A DNA stretch of 64,000 nt from Candidatus Latescibacterota bacterium (GCA_022823725.1 JAJEHL010000011.1:73107-137106); one strand, 5' to 3'; counted from the stretch's first letter, positions 25,910-36,586 are shown. Notes: generated by a model from the letters alone, not told the origin. Program-made: numbers and translations.

Positions 25910-28768
25910 ATGCGTGCATTATTTATAACTTTTTTTCTTCTGTGGAGCACTTGCTCGGTCATAGCTCAGGATCTCGGTAGCTTGACTGGAAAAGTGGAAG
26001 ATGAAACGGGAGAAGCATTATTCGCAGCCAATGTCATAGTCAAAGGACCGGCCATTGAAGGCACCCGGGGCGCAATCACCAACGACCGGGGAGACTATCG
26101 CATCGACCGCTTGCCGCCGGGCATTTACGAAATCACCATCAGTTATATCGGATATGAAACCATGGTTACAACTGGCGTAGAAATCCGCGCTGGCGAAAGT
26201 ATGACGCGAGATTTCAAGTTGACCGCTGTAGCCCTCATTGGTCAACAGGTCGTGGTATCGGCATCGCGCAAACAGGAAAAAGCCCTGGACGCGCCCGCTT
26301 CAATTGCAACGATCGAAGCAGCCGAAATCAGAGATCGAGGCGTCCTGTCGCCGACCGAGCATATCAAAGCCCTGCCCGGTGTAGATTTTTCCAAAACGGG
26401 CATCTCACAAAGCAACGTGGTCGTTCGCGGATTCAACAATGTATTTTCCGGCGCATTGCTCACACTCGTTGACAATCGCATAGCCCGCGTCCCTTCCCTG
26501 CGTTTCAATGCCTTTGACATGATCCCCGTTACCGGTGACGACATCGAGCGCATTGAAGTGGTATTAGGACCCGGATCCGCGCTTTACGGTCCCAACACCT
26601 CCAGTGGCGTGATGCACATTATCACCCGCTCGCCATTTGGATCAGAAGGCAATACAATTTCCATATCTGGCGGCCAGCGCAGTGTGCGGAGATTATCACT
26701 GCGGCACGCCAGCAGCCTCAACAACAAGATCGGGATCAAAGTCTCAGGTGTGCATAGTTCAGCCCATGACTGGGAGTACATCGATCCTCTGGAAGTAGAA
26801 GCGCGCGGTTTTAATCCACGCGATTACAACTCAAAAAAGACATTGGGAGAACTGAGACTCGATTTTCGACCAACAGATGACCTGACAATCATAGGCTCAA
26901 CGGGTTATACAAAAACAAGCGGTATTGAATTGACGGGTTTGGGCGCGGGCCAGGCAAAAGACTGGACCTATAATTTTTATCAAGGCCGCCTGCTCTATCG
27001 CGAGTGGTTTGCACAAATTTTCTACAACACGAGCAATGCAGGTCAAACGAGAATGATCGCACCCAACGACCCAATTGTAGATAATTCATATTTGATGGTC
27101 ATGCAATTGCAGCACAGTGCCAATTTGGGACAAAAACAACACTTTGCTTATGGTGCTGATGTACTGCGAACCCGACCCGTGACAGGGGGCACAATAAATG
27201 GCATACATGAAGACATTGATAACATCAATGAATACGGGATCTATTTGCAAAGTGAAACCAGCCTGAGCGATCAAATCGAGCTGGTATTGGCCGGGCGCAT
27301 CGACAAACACAGTCACATTGAAGACCCGTTTTTCTCACCCCGCGCAGCGCTGGTCATTAAACCCAGACCGCTCAACACCCTGCGATTGACGTATAACCGC
27401 GCATTTAGCACGCCTTCGACCACCAACTTATTTTTGGACCGGATCGGCCTCCCCGATCCCTTTGGGTTCGGGGCATTGCAATCGTCATTGGGATTTAATC
27501 CAGCAATTGACGTTCGCGCACAGGGCACTGCCGGTACCGGATTCACATTTCGCAGAGACGACAGTGGCCTACCCATGTATCGAACGCCCTTTGCGCCCAT
27601 AGCGGGCTTGTCAAAAGATCACTACTTCTCTCTGCACAGTCCCCAGGGTACCAATTTGATGTGGGGCGCTGCCAGAGAAATAATAATGGGTATCCTTTTG
27701 GCGGAACTGGAACCTCTCGCAACAGGACTTTTCGTCGATCGGCTTGGGCTACCACAAGAACAAGCGGCTGCGGTAGCCGCACAACTGGTCCGAGACTTTC
27801 CCGGGATCATTCCAGAACAACTGCAGGGCTTGCAAAATACGGCCGGCACACTGAATACAGCAACGGCGAGTTTTGATCCCGAGCCCAGCCTCGCCAATGC
27901 AGTGGCAGACATAAACAAAATCGAATCGACCATCTCAGAAACTTTTGAAGTAGGATACAAAGGCGTCATCAATAACAAACTCATTCTGGCAGCCGATGTC
28001 TATCTAAGCAGAAAAAGAAATTTCACCAGCCCGTTGCGGATTGTAACACCCAGTGTATTTCTCGACTCCGGTCCCTTGAACGAGGCTCTGTTAAACGGAA
28101 TTACCGAGAACTTGAAAGACCCTGCCAACGCGAGTCTCGCAATTGCCATCGGTCTTTTAGATCAGCTCAATCTGCCCGATTTGGGCCTGGTCGGCAACGG
28201 CAATGGCACAGGCATAGATGAATTGACGCAGGTATTTGTAGCCAACGCCGCGGGGATCCCCTTTGGCACCATATCTGCCGAACAGGCATCAGATCCCACC
28301 GCAGTGATGGTCGCATATCGCAATTTTGGTCGCATAACGCTCTACGGTGCCGACCTATCGTTTGCGTATTATCCAAACGAAATATGGACTTTTACCGGCA
28401 ATTACTCCTATGTCAGCGATGACTTTTTCCCCAACTTAGACAACATCGGCGACATTGCCCTCAATGCACCCAAGCACAAATTTAACATCGGAATTGATTG
28501 TCAACTGCCCAATACACCACTTACTATTAGTGGGAAATTGAGCTATCGCGGTGGTTTTCCCATGCGATCGGGTGTATATATCGGCGATGTAGATGCTTAT
28601 ACTGTTTTGGACCTGAATACCGCATATCAGTTGCCTATTTCAAATGATCGCTTCAAGGTCACCTGGAATGTGGAAGTCAGCAACGTGTTAAACCAGGAAT
28701 ATCGATCATTTGTCGGTGCGCCATTTATTGGACGCCTAATCTTAACTGGCCTGAATATTCGGTTCTAA
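25910..28768 (+). CDS. TonB-dependent receptor with a CarboxypepD_reg-like N-domain (paralog 1)
   Basis: The ATG at 25910 is preceded by an AAGGAG RBS. Signal peptide MRALFITFFLLWSTCSVIAQD. CarboxypepD_reg segment (LTGKVEDETGEALFAANVIVKG...GIYEITISYIGYE). Plug domain. C-terminal ...GLNIRF. Confidence 0.8.
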   Translation: MRALFITFFLLWSTCSVIAQDLGSLTGKVEDETGEALFAANVIVKGPAIEGTRGAITNDRGDYRIDRLPPGIYEITISYIGYETMVTTGVEIRAGESMTRDFKLTAVALIGQQVVVSASRKQEKALDAPASIATIEAAEIRDRGVLSPTEHIKALPGVDFSKTGISQSNVVVRGFNNVFSGALLTLVDNRIARVPSLRFNAFDMIPVTGDDIERIEVVLGPGSALYGPNTSSGVMHIITRSPFGSEGNTISISGGQRSVRRLSLRHASSLNNKIGIKVSGVHSSAHDWEYIDPLEVEARGFNPRDYNSKKTLGELRLDFRPTDDLTIIGSTGYTKTSGIELTGLGAGQAKDWTYNFYQGRLLYREWFAQIFYNTSNAGQTRMIAPNDPIVDNSYLMVMQLQHSANLGQKQHFAYGADVLRTRPVTGGTINGIHEDIDNINEYGIYLQSETSLSDQIELVLAGRIDKHSHIEDPFFSPRAALVIKPRPLNTLRLTYNRAFSTPSTTNLFLDRIGLPDPFGFGALQSSLGFNPAIDVRAQGTAGTGFTFRRDDSGLPMYRTPFAPIAGLSKDHYFSLHSPQGTNLMWGAAREIIMGILLAELEPLATGLFVDRLGLPQEQAAAVAAQLVRDFPGIIPEQLQGLQNTAGTLNTATASFDPEPSLANAVADINKIESTISETFEVGYKGVINNKLILAADVYLSRKRNFTSPLRIVTPSVFLDSGPLNEALLNGITENLKDPANASLAIAIGLLDQLNLPDLGLVGNGNGTGIDELTQVFVANAAGIPFGTISAEQASDPTAVMVAYRNFGRITLYGADLSFAYYPNEIWTFTGNYSYVSDDFFPNLDNIGDIALNAPKHKFNIGIDCQLPNTPLTISGKLSYRGGFPMRSGVYIGDVDAYTVLDLNTAYQLPISNDRFKVTWNVEVSNVLNQEYRSFVGAPFIGRLILTGLNIRF

Positions 28769-28823
28769 AGCTATCTCTCTCCCATCTTAAAAAAATCCGG
28801 ACCATTGCGATAAGGAGGGTTTT

Positions 28824-31685
28824 ATGCGTGTATTGTATATCCTTGCTTTCGTACTGTGGAATGCTTACTCGGTCGTAGCTCAGGACTTCGGCAGTTTGAC
28901 GGGCAAAGTGAAAACCGAAGACGGAGAAATCTTATTCGGTGCCAATATCATAGTCAAAGGACCTGCCATTGAAGGCACCCGGGGCGCAATCACCAACGAC
29001 CGGGGAGACTATCGCATCGACCGCTTGCCGCCGGGCATTTACGAAATCACCATCAGTTATATCGGATATGAATCCATCGTTACAACCGGCGTAGAAATCC
29101 GCGCGGGCGAAAGTATGACGCGAGATTTCAGACTGACCGCTGTAACCCTCATTGGTCAACAAGTCGTGGTATCGGCATCGCGCAAACAAGAAAAAGCCCT
29201 GGACGCGCCCGCCTCAATTGCAACAGTCGATGCGTCTGAAATCAGAAATCGAGAAGTCTTGACAATGAGCGAATACGTCAAGACTCTGCCCGGCGTTGAC
29301 TATGCTCAAACAGGCATATCGCAAGGCAGCATGGTAGTTCGCGGATTCAACAAAGTATTTTCTGGCGCACTGCTCACACTCGTTGACAACCGCATTGCCC
29401 GAATCCCGTCGCTACGCTTGAATGCCTATGATTTGATCCCCCTTACCAGTGACGACATTGAGCGCATTGAAGTGGTTTTAGGACCCGGATCTGCGCTTTA
29501 CGGTCCCAACAGCGCCAATGGCGTGATGCACATTATCACCCGCTCGCCATTTGGATCGGAAGGCAATACAATTTCCATATCTGGCGGCCAGCGCAGTGTG
29601 CGAAAATTATCACTGCGGCACGCCAGCAGCCTCAACAACAAGATCGGGATCAAAGTTTCGGGTGGATATGTTGCAACCCATGACTGGGAATATGTCGATT
29701 CCCTGGAAGTGGAAGCGCGCGGTTTTAATCCACGCGATTATAGCACAGAAAGGACAAGTGGGGAGTTCAGACTCGATTTTCGACCAACAGACAACCTGAC
29801 ATTGATAGGGTCGGTGGGCTATTCAAAAATGAGCGGCCTTCAACAGACGGATTTGGGCGCGGGCCAGGCGAAAGACTGGACCTATAATTTTTATCAAGGC
29901 CGCCTGCTGTATCGCGGATGGTTCGCACAGATCTTCTACAACACCAGTAATGCAGGCGACACGGAACTGATCACAGCCGGTGACCCAATTGTAGATAATT
30001 CACATTTGATGGTCTCGCAACTGCAACACAATGCCAGTTTGGGACAGAAACAACACTTTGCTTATGGTGCTGACGTACTGCTCACCCGGCCCAAAACACA
30101 GGGCACAGTACACGGCATGCATGAAGACAATGACGACATCGATGAATACGGGATTTACCTGCAAAGCGAAACCAATCTGAGCGATCAAATCGATCTGATA
30201 TTGGCCGGGCGTATCGACAAACACAGCCATATAGGAGATCCGTTTTTTTCTCCCCGCGCAGCACTGGTCATCAAACCCACGCCGGAAAACACCCTGCGAT
30301 TGACGTATAACCGCGCATTTAGCACACCCTTAACCCCCGACATGTTTGTAGATCGGGTCGGCGTTCCCGACATCTTTATGCTCGGCACAAGTTTCAGCCC
30401 GGTATTGGGATTTAGTCCAGCAATTGACCTTCGCGCCCAGGGCACCGCCGGTACCGGATTCACATTTCGCAGAGACGACAATGGGCTACCCATGTTTCGG
30501 ACGGCCTTTGCGCCCATAGCGGGCTTGTCAAAAGATCACTACTTCTCTCTGCACGATCCCCAGGTCACCAATTTGATGTGGGGTGCTGCCAGAGAGGCAA
30601 TACTGGACGGCTTTCTATCTGAACTGGAACCTCTCGCAACAGAGCTTATCGCAGGCGGGCTTGGACTACCACCAGATCAAGCGGTTGCACTGATCGAAAA
30701 ACTCGTCGAGATCTTTCCCGGAACTATCCCAGAACAACTGCCGGGCTTGCAAAATACGGCTGCGATACTGAATGCAGAAACGCAGGGTTTCGATCCCATA
30801 CCCGACCTCGCCAATGCAGTGACAGACATAGAAAAACTCGGACCCACCATAACAGAAACCTTTGAAGTGGGATACAAAGGCATCATCAACAACAAACTCA
30901 TCCTGGCAGCCGATGTCTATCAAACCAGAATCAAAAATTTCGTCAGCCCGTTGCGGATTGAAACGCCCAACGTATTTCTCGCCCCCGGTCCCTTAAGCGA
31001 AGCCCTGACAGACGCGCTTACCGAGAACCTGAAAGACCCTGCCAATGCAAGCCTCGCAATTGCCCTTGTTTTTTTAGATCAACTCAACGAGCCAGAGTTG
31101 GGATTGGTTGGCAATGGCAATGGAACAGGCGTGGATGAATTGACGGAGCTATTCGTAGCCAACGCCGCGCTGATCCCATTTGGCACCATAGTGCCCGAAC
31201 AGGCAGCAGACCCCAATGCCGTGATAGTCGCACCTCGCAATTTTGGCAATATAACGCTCTACGGTGCCGACCTGTCGTTTGCGTATTATCCAAACGAAAT
31301 ATGGGCTTTTACCGGCAATTACTCATACGTCAGCAAGGACTTTTTCCCCAATTTAGACAACATCGGCGACATTGCCCTCAATGCTCCCCGGCACAAATTT
31401 AACATCGGTATCGATTGCCAACTGCCCAATATACCGCTCACGATCCGAGGGAAATTGCGTTACCGCGATGGCTTTCCAATGCAATCGGGTATATATGTCG
31501 GCAATGTAGATGCTCATACTGTTCTGGATTTGAATATCACCTATCAATTGCCTCTTTCAAATGATCGCTTCAACACCACCCTGAGTTTGGATGCCAGCAA
31601 TTTGCTAAGCCAGGAATATCAATCACTTGTCGGTGCGCCCTGGATCGGACGCCTGATTACAAGCAGCTTGCACGTTCGATTCTAA
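28824..31685 (+). CDS. TonB-dependent receptor (paralog 2, tandem duplicate of 25910..28768)
   Basis: About 75% identical to paralog 1 over the full length. Has an AAGGAGGG RBS. C-terminal ...SLHVRF. Confidence 0.8.
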   Translation: MRVLYILAFVLWNAYSVVAQDFGSLTGKVKTEDGEILFGANIIVKGPAIEGTRGAITNDRGDYRIDRLPPGIYEITISYIGYESIVTTGVEIRAGESMTRDFRLTAVTLIGQQVVVSASRKQEKALDAPASIATVDASEIRNREVLTMSEYVKTLPGVDYAQTGISQGSMVVRGFNKVFSGALLTLVDNRIARIPSLRLNAYDLIPLTSDDIERIEVVLGPGSALYGPNSANGVMHIITRSPFGSEGNTISISGGQRSVRKLSLRHASSLNNKIGIKVSGGYVATHDWEYVDSLEVEARGFNPRDYSTERTSGEFRLDFRPTDNLTLIGSVGYSKMSGLQQTDLGAGQAKDWTYNFYQGRLLYRGWFAQIFYNTSNAGDTELITAGDPIVDNSHLMVSQLQHNASLGQKQHFAYGADVLLTRPKTQGTVHGMHEDNDDIDEYGIYLQSETNLSDQIDLILAGRIDKHSHIGDPFFSPRAALVIKPTPENTLRLTYNRAFSTPLTPDMFVDRVGVPDIFMLGTSFSPVLGFSPAIDLRAQGTAGTGFTFRRDDNGLPMFRTAFAPIAGLSKDHYFSLHDPQVTNLMWGAAREAILDGFLSELEPLATELIAGGLGLPPDQAVALIEKLVEIFPGTIPEQLPGLQNTAAILNAETQGFDPIPDLANAVTDIEKLGPTITETFEVGYKGIINNKLILAADVYQTRIKNFVSPLRIETPNVFLAPGPLSEALTDALTENLKDPANASLAIALVFLDQLNEPELGLVGNGNGTGVDELTELFVANAALIPFGTIVPEQAADPNAVIVAPRNFGNITLYGADLSFAYYPNEIWAFTGNYSYVSKDFFPNLDNIGDIALNAPRHKFNIGIDCQLPNIPLTIRGKLRYRDGFPMQSGIYVGNVDAHTVLDLNITYQLPLSNDRFNTTLSLDASNLLSQEYQSLVGAPWIGRLITSSLHVRF

Positions 31686-31703
31686 TACTTGCCATATTCC
31701 CAC

Positions 31704-31738
31704 AAAAAAATCCGAATCGTTGCGATTCGGATTTTTTA
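31704..31738. terminator. bidirectional rho-independent terminator
   Basis: AAAAAAATCCGAATCGTTGCGATTCGGATTTTTT. Confidence 0.6.
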
Positions 31739-31743
31739 TATGC

Positions 31744-31786
31744 AAAACCTCTGGATCGCGGCTCAAAACCATGCCGCGATGACGGC
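31744..31786. repeat. REP-like hairpin unit
   Basis: AAAACCTCTGGATCGCGGCTCAAAACCATGCCGCGATGACGG. Confidence 0.6.
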
Positions 31787-31835
31787 TCTGTTGATAGGAT
31801 TGAGTTAAAACTTATTTGACAGATCATCAAGCGTT

Positions 31836-33026
31836 CTACTCAAGCGGCTGATAAGGCCGGGATTCTGGATCGCGTTCGGGAAGCCCCAAACTATCCCAAA
31901 AAATTGTGTGTTCAAATGGTGTGAGGCGAAAATCCGGAATGGGAACTGGCGCACCGCCCAACTCAGCGGATTTATTTGCCAAAATCCCCGGCAAGCAGTA
32001 TTCAATGGCGCGATACACATCAATAGGCGATGGCTTGCCAGCGAGAATAGACTGTGTAAAATGTCGGGCGAGTTTTAAGTCTGCACCGCCGTGACCTGCA
32101 GAAATATCATCGCCATGTGCGCCAAGACCAACGGGTAAAACCTCCCAACCACTGCGATGATCTGCCCCGCGAGAAAAGCGACGCGCGTGTTTTTCATAGC
32201 TAAACCACTCGGCACCGCCCTCAACGCCAAAAATGCGATAGCGGTGTTCAGAAGGACGGGCTGTATTCAGCGTAACCATAATTTTTATAAGTGCGCCCTT
32301 TGCTGTCTCGAACACCGCGATCTGACCGTCGGAGCGCAAAGGTGCGTCGGCACTTCGGAATGGCGCGCTGCGACAAGAAACAGAAACACAGCGATCGTCA
32401 ATCACTTCGAGCAATGGCCCCAGATCATGCGTCAGATATTGAATAGGCGGTTGATCGGCACGCCAGATCGGCATTGTATCCACATAACCGGCTGCTCGCG
32501 CTCGAGTCGGTGTATGCCGCGAACTATCGGGGCGAAAAAGCGTACCCGGCAAATGGTGAATATATTCTCCTTCGGCAATGGAAATGGGACCAAAGCGATC
32601 TTCGGCAACCCACTTGCGGAAATAGCGAAAAAAATCCCAATAACAGGTATTTTCTCCCAGCATATACGTTTTGCCCGTGTATTCAACGGTTTGGCGCAAA
32701 TTCATACACTCTTCTTGCGTATAAGCACCGGGAACTTCAGAAAGCACATGACAACCCGCGCGCATAGCCTGGCAACCGTGTTCCACCTGTAATTTGCCAT
32801 TCGTCGCAACCACAATAGCATCGGGTTTGAGATCGAGCAAATCGTCAAACTCGGGCAAAATCGGAGCCGATGCGCCAACCGATGCCAGATGTTGCTCGGC
32901 GCGTTCTCTCAAGCGTGGAAAGCGGTCGCAAGCACCAATAACCTCAGCCTCTTCCAGAGCGAGAAAATTCCTGAAATGCGTAAAACCGCGACCGAGGCCC
33001 AGAATACCAACTTTGAGTTTGTCCAT
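31836..33026 (-). CDS. Gfo/Idh/MocA-family oxidoreductase
   Basis: Start at the ATG 33024-33026 (MDKLKVGILGLGRGFTHF...). Rossmann GxGxxG at the N-terminus. Confidence 0.75.
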   Translation of the reverse strand: MDKLKVGILGLGRGFTHFRNFLALEEAEVIGACDRFPRLRERAEQHLASVGASAPILPEFDDLLDLKPDAIVVATNGKLQVEHGCQAMRAGCHVLSEVPGAYTQEECMNLRQTVEYTGKTYMLGENTCYWDFFRYFRKWVAEDRFGPISIAEGEYIHHLPGTLFRPDSSRHTPTRARAAGYVDTMPIWRADQPPIQYLTHDLGPLLEVIDDRCVSVSCRSAPFRSADAPLRSDGQIAVFETAKGALIKIMVTLNTARPSEHRYRIFGVEGGAEWFSYEKHARRFSRGADHRSGWEVLPVGLGAHGDDISAGHGGADLKLARHFTQSILAGKPSPIDVYRAIEYCLPGILANKSAELGGAPVPIPDFRLTPFEHTIFWDSLGLPERDPESRPYQPLE

Positions 33027-33041
33027 AATTAAACCCCTCAA

Positions 33042-34727
33042 TCAAGCAGACACAACGCGAATATCAACCTCAAATGCACTGACGGGATAATTTATACCCC
33101 AGATTTCGAGAACGCTGGGATGCACTTCCCCAATAAGCCCGTAAACGCGCTCGCATATCCGGATCTCGCCACTGCGACCAGGCAAAAATGTGGGATGATC
33201 AATCGGCGCAATAGTATATTCAAAATTAAAATAATAGGATAACACCTCGAGAAAGCTCTGAATACCGGACAAATTGGCCTCGTCACTCGCTTCGAGCGCA
33301 CAGAGATGAATATCTGTGCGCGTACCGTAATCTTCCTCCGGCGCGAGAACCCCCACCTCACCCACTTCAAAAATCCGATGCGGGTACAACGCGCGGCGGC
33401 TTGTCGCTTCGGTCTTCAACAAACCGGGCAACAAAGACGCTCGAATCGCGCTGTAATTTTCGGACATGGGATTTGAAATCGAAATAATCTTTGCATCCGG
33501 ATTATTCATATCCACGGTCTGTTCTTTTTGAGAACAGAGAATCGGCAAAAAGACCTCTTGAAATCCGCTCCCAACCATGAGATTGCGAAATCGGTCTGCA
33601 AGATCCTCTTCTGGCGCGGCTTTGCCAACCGTAAAATCCCGGGGCATCTCGGGTTCAAAAGCCTCGTACCCCACACCGATCACAACATCTTCCACAACAT
33701 CGACAGGATGCAAAATATCGTCGCGATAAGGTGCTGGACGCACTTTGATACTCCGCTCTTGCATTTCAATATCCCGATAACCCATCGCGTTGAGCGCGGT
33801 CTGAATCTGCCCTATCGAAATATGTGACCCAACCACTTTGTAAATCTCATCCACATCGACCTGCAACGGCTCGGTCAGATCATAAGGACACGTCACAACC
33901 TGTCCCCTCGGCGTGTGAAATGGATACCGCACCGTCACGGGATAAATACGACCGCCCCGATCAGCCATATTGACCGCCATAATCGCCATAGACAAAAGAA
34001 TAGCGTCGAGTTCGGGACCCGTTGCTTCGCAAAACAAAAACGCATCCCCCACTTCAACGCGCCCCAGACTCTGGCTATTAATCACAGGAGGCATCGAAAG
34101 AACCTCGCCGCGCGAATCGCGGATCAGGGGAAACTTATCCTTCCCCTCGAGAAGATGTGCATACATCTTGCCCGTGGGATGATCGGACAAAATCTGTCGC
34201 AAAGACATCTCATCTTCAAACTCCAGGGGAACAAAAGCAGTTTCATCGGGATCAACCGCATCGTATCGCACCGGATACACAATATCGGACGCATCGTAAA
34301 TCCCAATCGCAACAACGCTGCGACCTCGCCCATATCCATCGGCGAGTTTTTCCTGCGCCTCGATAAGCGCGTCAAGTGCCGCCTCGTCAATCGCAATACC
34401 CTCACACGCAAAAGCGGCAATATAAGGACGGATATTTCGCAACCCGGGATCGACAATAACCTCCCTTTCCTGCGATACGCCAGACGCATCAAAAAAAGAA
34501 TAGTCTGGCTGAACATTCTCCCGATGGCTTTTGAGCAACCGCGCAAGCCCCTCTCCCGACCACAAATCGGGACGATTGGTATCCTTGAGCTGAATGCGAA
34601 GCGTATCCCCATCCTCGGCATCAATCTCAGCCTTCGCAGTTTCAAGAGCAGCACTCAGGCTCTCCGACGAATAAACCTGCCCCGCGAGACGTTCAAAATC
34701 GGGTTTATTAACTGTAATCGTTGGCAT
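33042..34727 (-). CDS. pheT: phenylalanine--tRNA ligase beta subunit, archaeal/eukaryotic type
   Basis: 561 aa. The N-terminus MPTITVNKPDFERLAGQ and overall length match archaeal-type PheT, about 550 aa versus about 800 aa for bacterial PheT. Lies immediately downstream of the archaeal-type pheS. Confidence 0.7.
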   Translation of the reverse strand: MPTITVNKPDFERLAGQVYSSESLSAALETAKAEIDAEDGDTLRIQLKDTNRPDLWSGEGLARLLKSHRENVQPDYSFFDASGVSQEREVIVDPGLRNIRPYIAAFACEGIAIDEAALDALIEAQEKLADGYGRGRSVVAIGIYDASDIVYPVRYDAVDPDETAFVPLEFEDEMSLRQILSDHPTGKMYAHLLEGKDKFPLIRDSRGEVLSMPPVINSQSLGRVEVGDAFLFCEATGPELDAILLSMAIMAVNMADRGGRIYPVTVRYPFHTPRGQVVTCPYDLTEPLQVDVDEIYKVVGSHISIGQIQTALNAMGYRDIEMQERSIKVRPAPYRDDILHPVDVVEDVVIGVGYEAFEPEMPRDFTVGKAAPEEDLADRFRNLMVGSGFQEVFLPILCSQKEQTVDMNNPDAKIISISNPMSENYSAIRASLLPGLLKTEATSRRALYPHRIFEVGEVGVLAPEEDYGTRTDIHLCALEASDEANLSGIQSFLEVLSYYFNFEYTIAPIDHPTFLPGRSGEIRICERVYGLIGEVHPSVLEIWGINYPVSAFEVDIRVVSA

Positions 34728-34746
34728 TTTTACTCCTGCTGTTCAC

Positions 34747-36285
34747 TTACCGCGTATTCCTGACCAGATCCAAATCCGTACTGAACAAATCGCGTATATC
34801 GTTAATACCCAGCGCGACCATCGCCATTCTATCAACCCCCAGACCCCAGGCAATAACCGGAACATCCACACCCAGAGGTCGTGTAAGCTCAGGCCGAAAA
34901 AGACCCGCACCACCAAGCTCAATCCATCCCAGAACGGGATGCTTCGCCTGAAGTTCGACCGAAGGCTCGGTAAAAGGAAAATAATCGGGCACATAGCGCA
35001 CATCTTCGGACTGCGCGATCTCAAGCGCGAACAGCTTGAGCAAACCGAGCAAACTGCGAAAATTTATTTCCTCACCCAAAACAATACCCTCAGCCTGAAA
35101 AAAATCTGCCGCATGCGTGGCATCGACATCATCCGGACGAAAACAACGCGCAAGCGCGAAATATTTACCCGGGATATTTGGCTTTGAAGCGAGCGTACGC
35201 CCCGAAAGCGCAGTCCCCTGACTCCGCAAAATAAGGCGGCGCGACTGCTCGGGATTAAATTCATATTGCCAACCGCGCGAACCAGTATCGCCCCCGTTCT
35301 GATGCGCCTCAGCCACCCTCGAAAAATAGGGTTCCTCTGCCTCTCGGGATTGCGTCGGCTCCGTAACATAATACGCATCGTGAATATTGCGCGCCGCGTG
35401 GAACTGCGGCATAAAAAGGGCATCCATATTCCAGAACTCGGTCTCCACCAGAGAACCTTTCATCTCTTCAAAACCAAGCACCATCAACCGGCGCCGCACA
35501 TTATCGAGATACGCCCGATAGGGATGGTGCTTTCCAATAAGCACGCGCGGCGGCTTAATCGACAAATCATATCGGCGAAAAGACGCGCCCTGCCATGTAC
35601 CCTTCTGAATCATTTCCGGCGTAAGCCGAGAAACTTCATCACCCGTAAGATTGGCTTTGACAACCTCCACAAGCACGCGCCGTCCTTCTTCAGTAAGACA
35701 ATAAACCCGCTCCGTGCGCTCGTCCAAACGAACAGGTGCCCTGCCCCCGCCGCGCTTGCGGGCATTGGCTTCGATATACTGGACAACATCACCGGGAAAA
35801 TTATCAATCTCAATTCCGGTATCGGAAAATTTGTCAAAAAATTCTGGCATAAGTCGATCAATAAAAAAAGAAGCCCGATCTGCATCGACAATAACAACAG
35901 CCCCCTTATCCAGATCGATAATCCCATCCTTTTTCAAACCGCCAAAAGCACTGCCCCAGGCACCTCTGTCAAAACGCTCGTCAGCCTGCAAATCTTGAAT
36001 CCCAACACGCTCTGCATTCGCCCGGGTCAAAAGTGCCGTCTCTGGCGTCGCGCCCTTTGCTACAAAATCCCGTCCCACTTCCGTAAGCGAAACCGTTGCA
36101 CGCGTATTTTCTCCAGTAACTTCGAGCAACTGCTTGGAAATCAGCCACTCGACCGCGCGCCGAACCTGTCCTTCGCCAATGCCCGCCCCCTTTTGAAGTT
36201 GTGCATCGGACTGCTCGGCACTGGCATTATTCTCATATACACGCAAAATGCGAATTTCGAGCGCATGTAAAGATGCGAGATCCAT
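34747..36285 (-). CDS. pheS: phenylalanine--tRNA ligase alpha subunit, archaeal/eukaryotic type
   Basis: Start at the ATG 36283-36285 (MDLASLHALEIRIL...) with a GGAG RBS; the track start at 36318 is a TTG inside the T-box terminator. About 510 aa with an extended N-terminal tRNA-binding region. Class II catalytic core ...FRPDDVDATHAADFFQAEG...GWIELGGAGLFRPE...AWGLGVDRMAM. Confidence 0.7.
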   Translation of the reverse strand: MDLASLHALEIRILRVYENNASAEQSDAQLQKGAGIGEGQVRRAVEWLISKQLLEVTGENTRATVSLTEVGRDFVAKGATPETALLTRANAERVGIQDLQADERFDRGAWGSAFGGLKKDGIIDLDKGAVVIVDADRASFFIDRLMPEFFDKFSDTGIEIDNFPGDVVQYIEANARKRGGGRAPVRLDERTERVYCLTEEGRRVLVEVVKANLTGDEVSRLTPEMIQKGTWQGASFRRYDLSIKPPRVLIGKHHPYRAYLDNVRRRLMVLGFEEMKGSLVETEFWNMDALFMPQFHAARNIHDAYYVTEPTQSREAEEPYFSRVAEAHQNGGDTGSRGWQYEFNPEQSRRLILRSQGTALSGRTLASKPNIPGKYFALARCFRPDDVDATHAADFFQAEGIVLGEEINFRSLLGLLKLFALEIAQSEDVRYVPDYFPFTEPSVELQAKHPVLGWIELGGAGLFRPELTRPLGVDVPVIAWGLGVDRMAMVALGINDIRDLFSTDLDLVRNTR

Positions 36286-36310
36286 CAAGAGAAACTCCAA
36301 TGTTAGTATT

Positions 36311-36586
36311 AAAAACAAAAAGCCCCTTCGTCATCATAGGGACGAAAGAGCTTCTCCGCGGTACCACCCTATTTGCGCTTAAAAGCACCACTCAGTAGAT
36401 GGCCGTCACCATCCTGTCCATTATCGGCGGACCCACCGGCTCGGCTTAATAGGAAACTGTCTTTCCATTCGGCTTTGCAGCTCGGGAGGGAACTTCGCCT
36501 GTGCATCCTGCAGATGTGCTTTCAGCCCAGGACACATCCTCTCTGTGCAGTTGGGAACAGGCTACTTTTCTCCGTCATTGCTTTAA
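36311..36586 (-). promoter_or_regulatory. T-box riboswitch leader (Phe specifier candidate) upstream of pheS
   Basis: The minus strand contains CAAAUAGGGUGGUACCGCGGAG, a 15/17 match to the T-box consensus AAUUAGGGUGGNACCGCG. It is followed by the terminator CUUUCGUCCCUAUGAUGACGAAGGGGCUUUUUGUUUUU. Upstream is an AGAGAG (GA/K-turn-like) motif and a GAAGUUCCC segment holding a UUC Phe codon. A promoter TTGACA-N17-TATGTT lies at 36593-36622. Confidence 0.6.
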
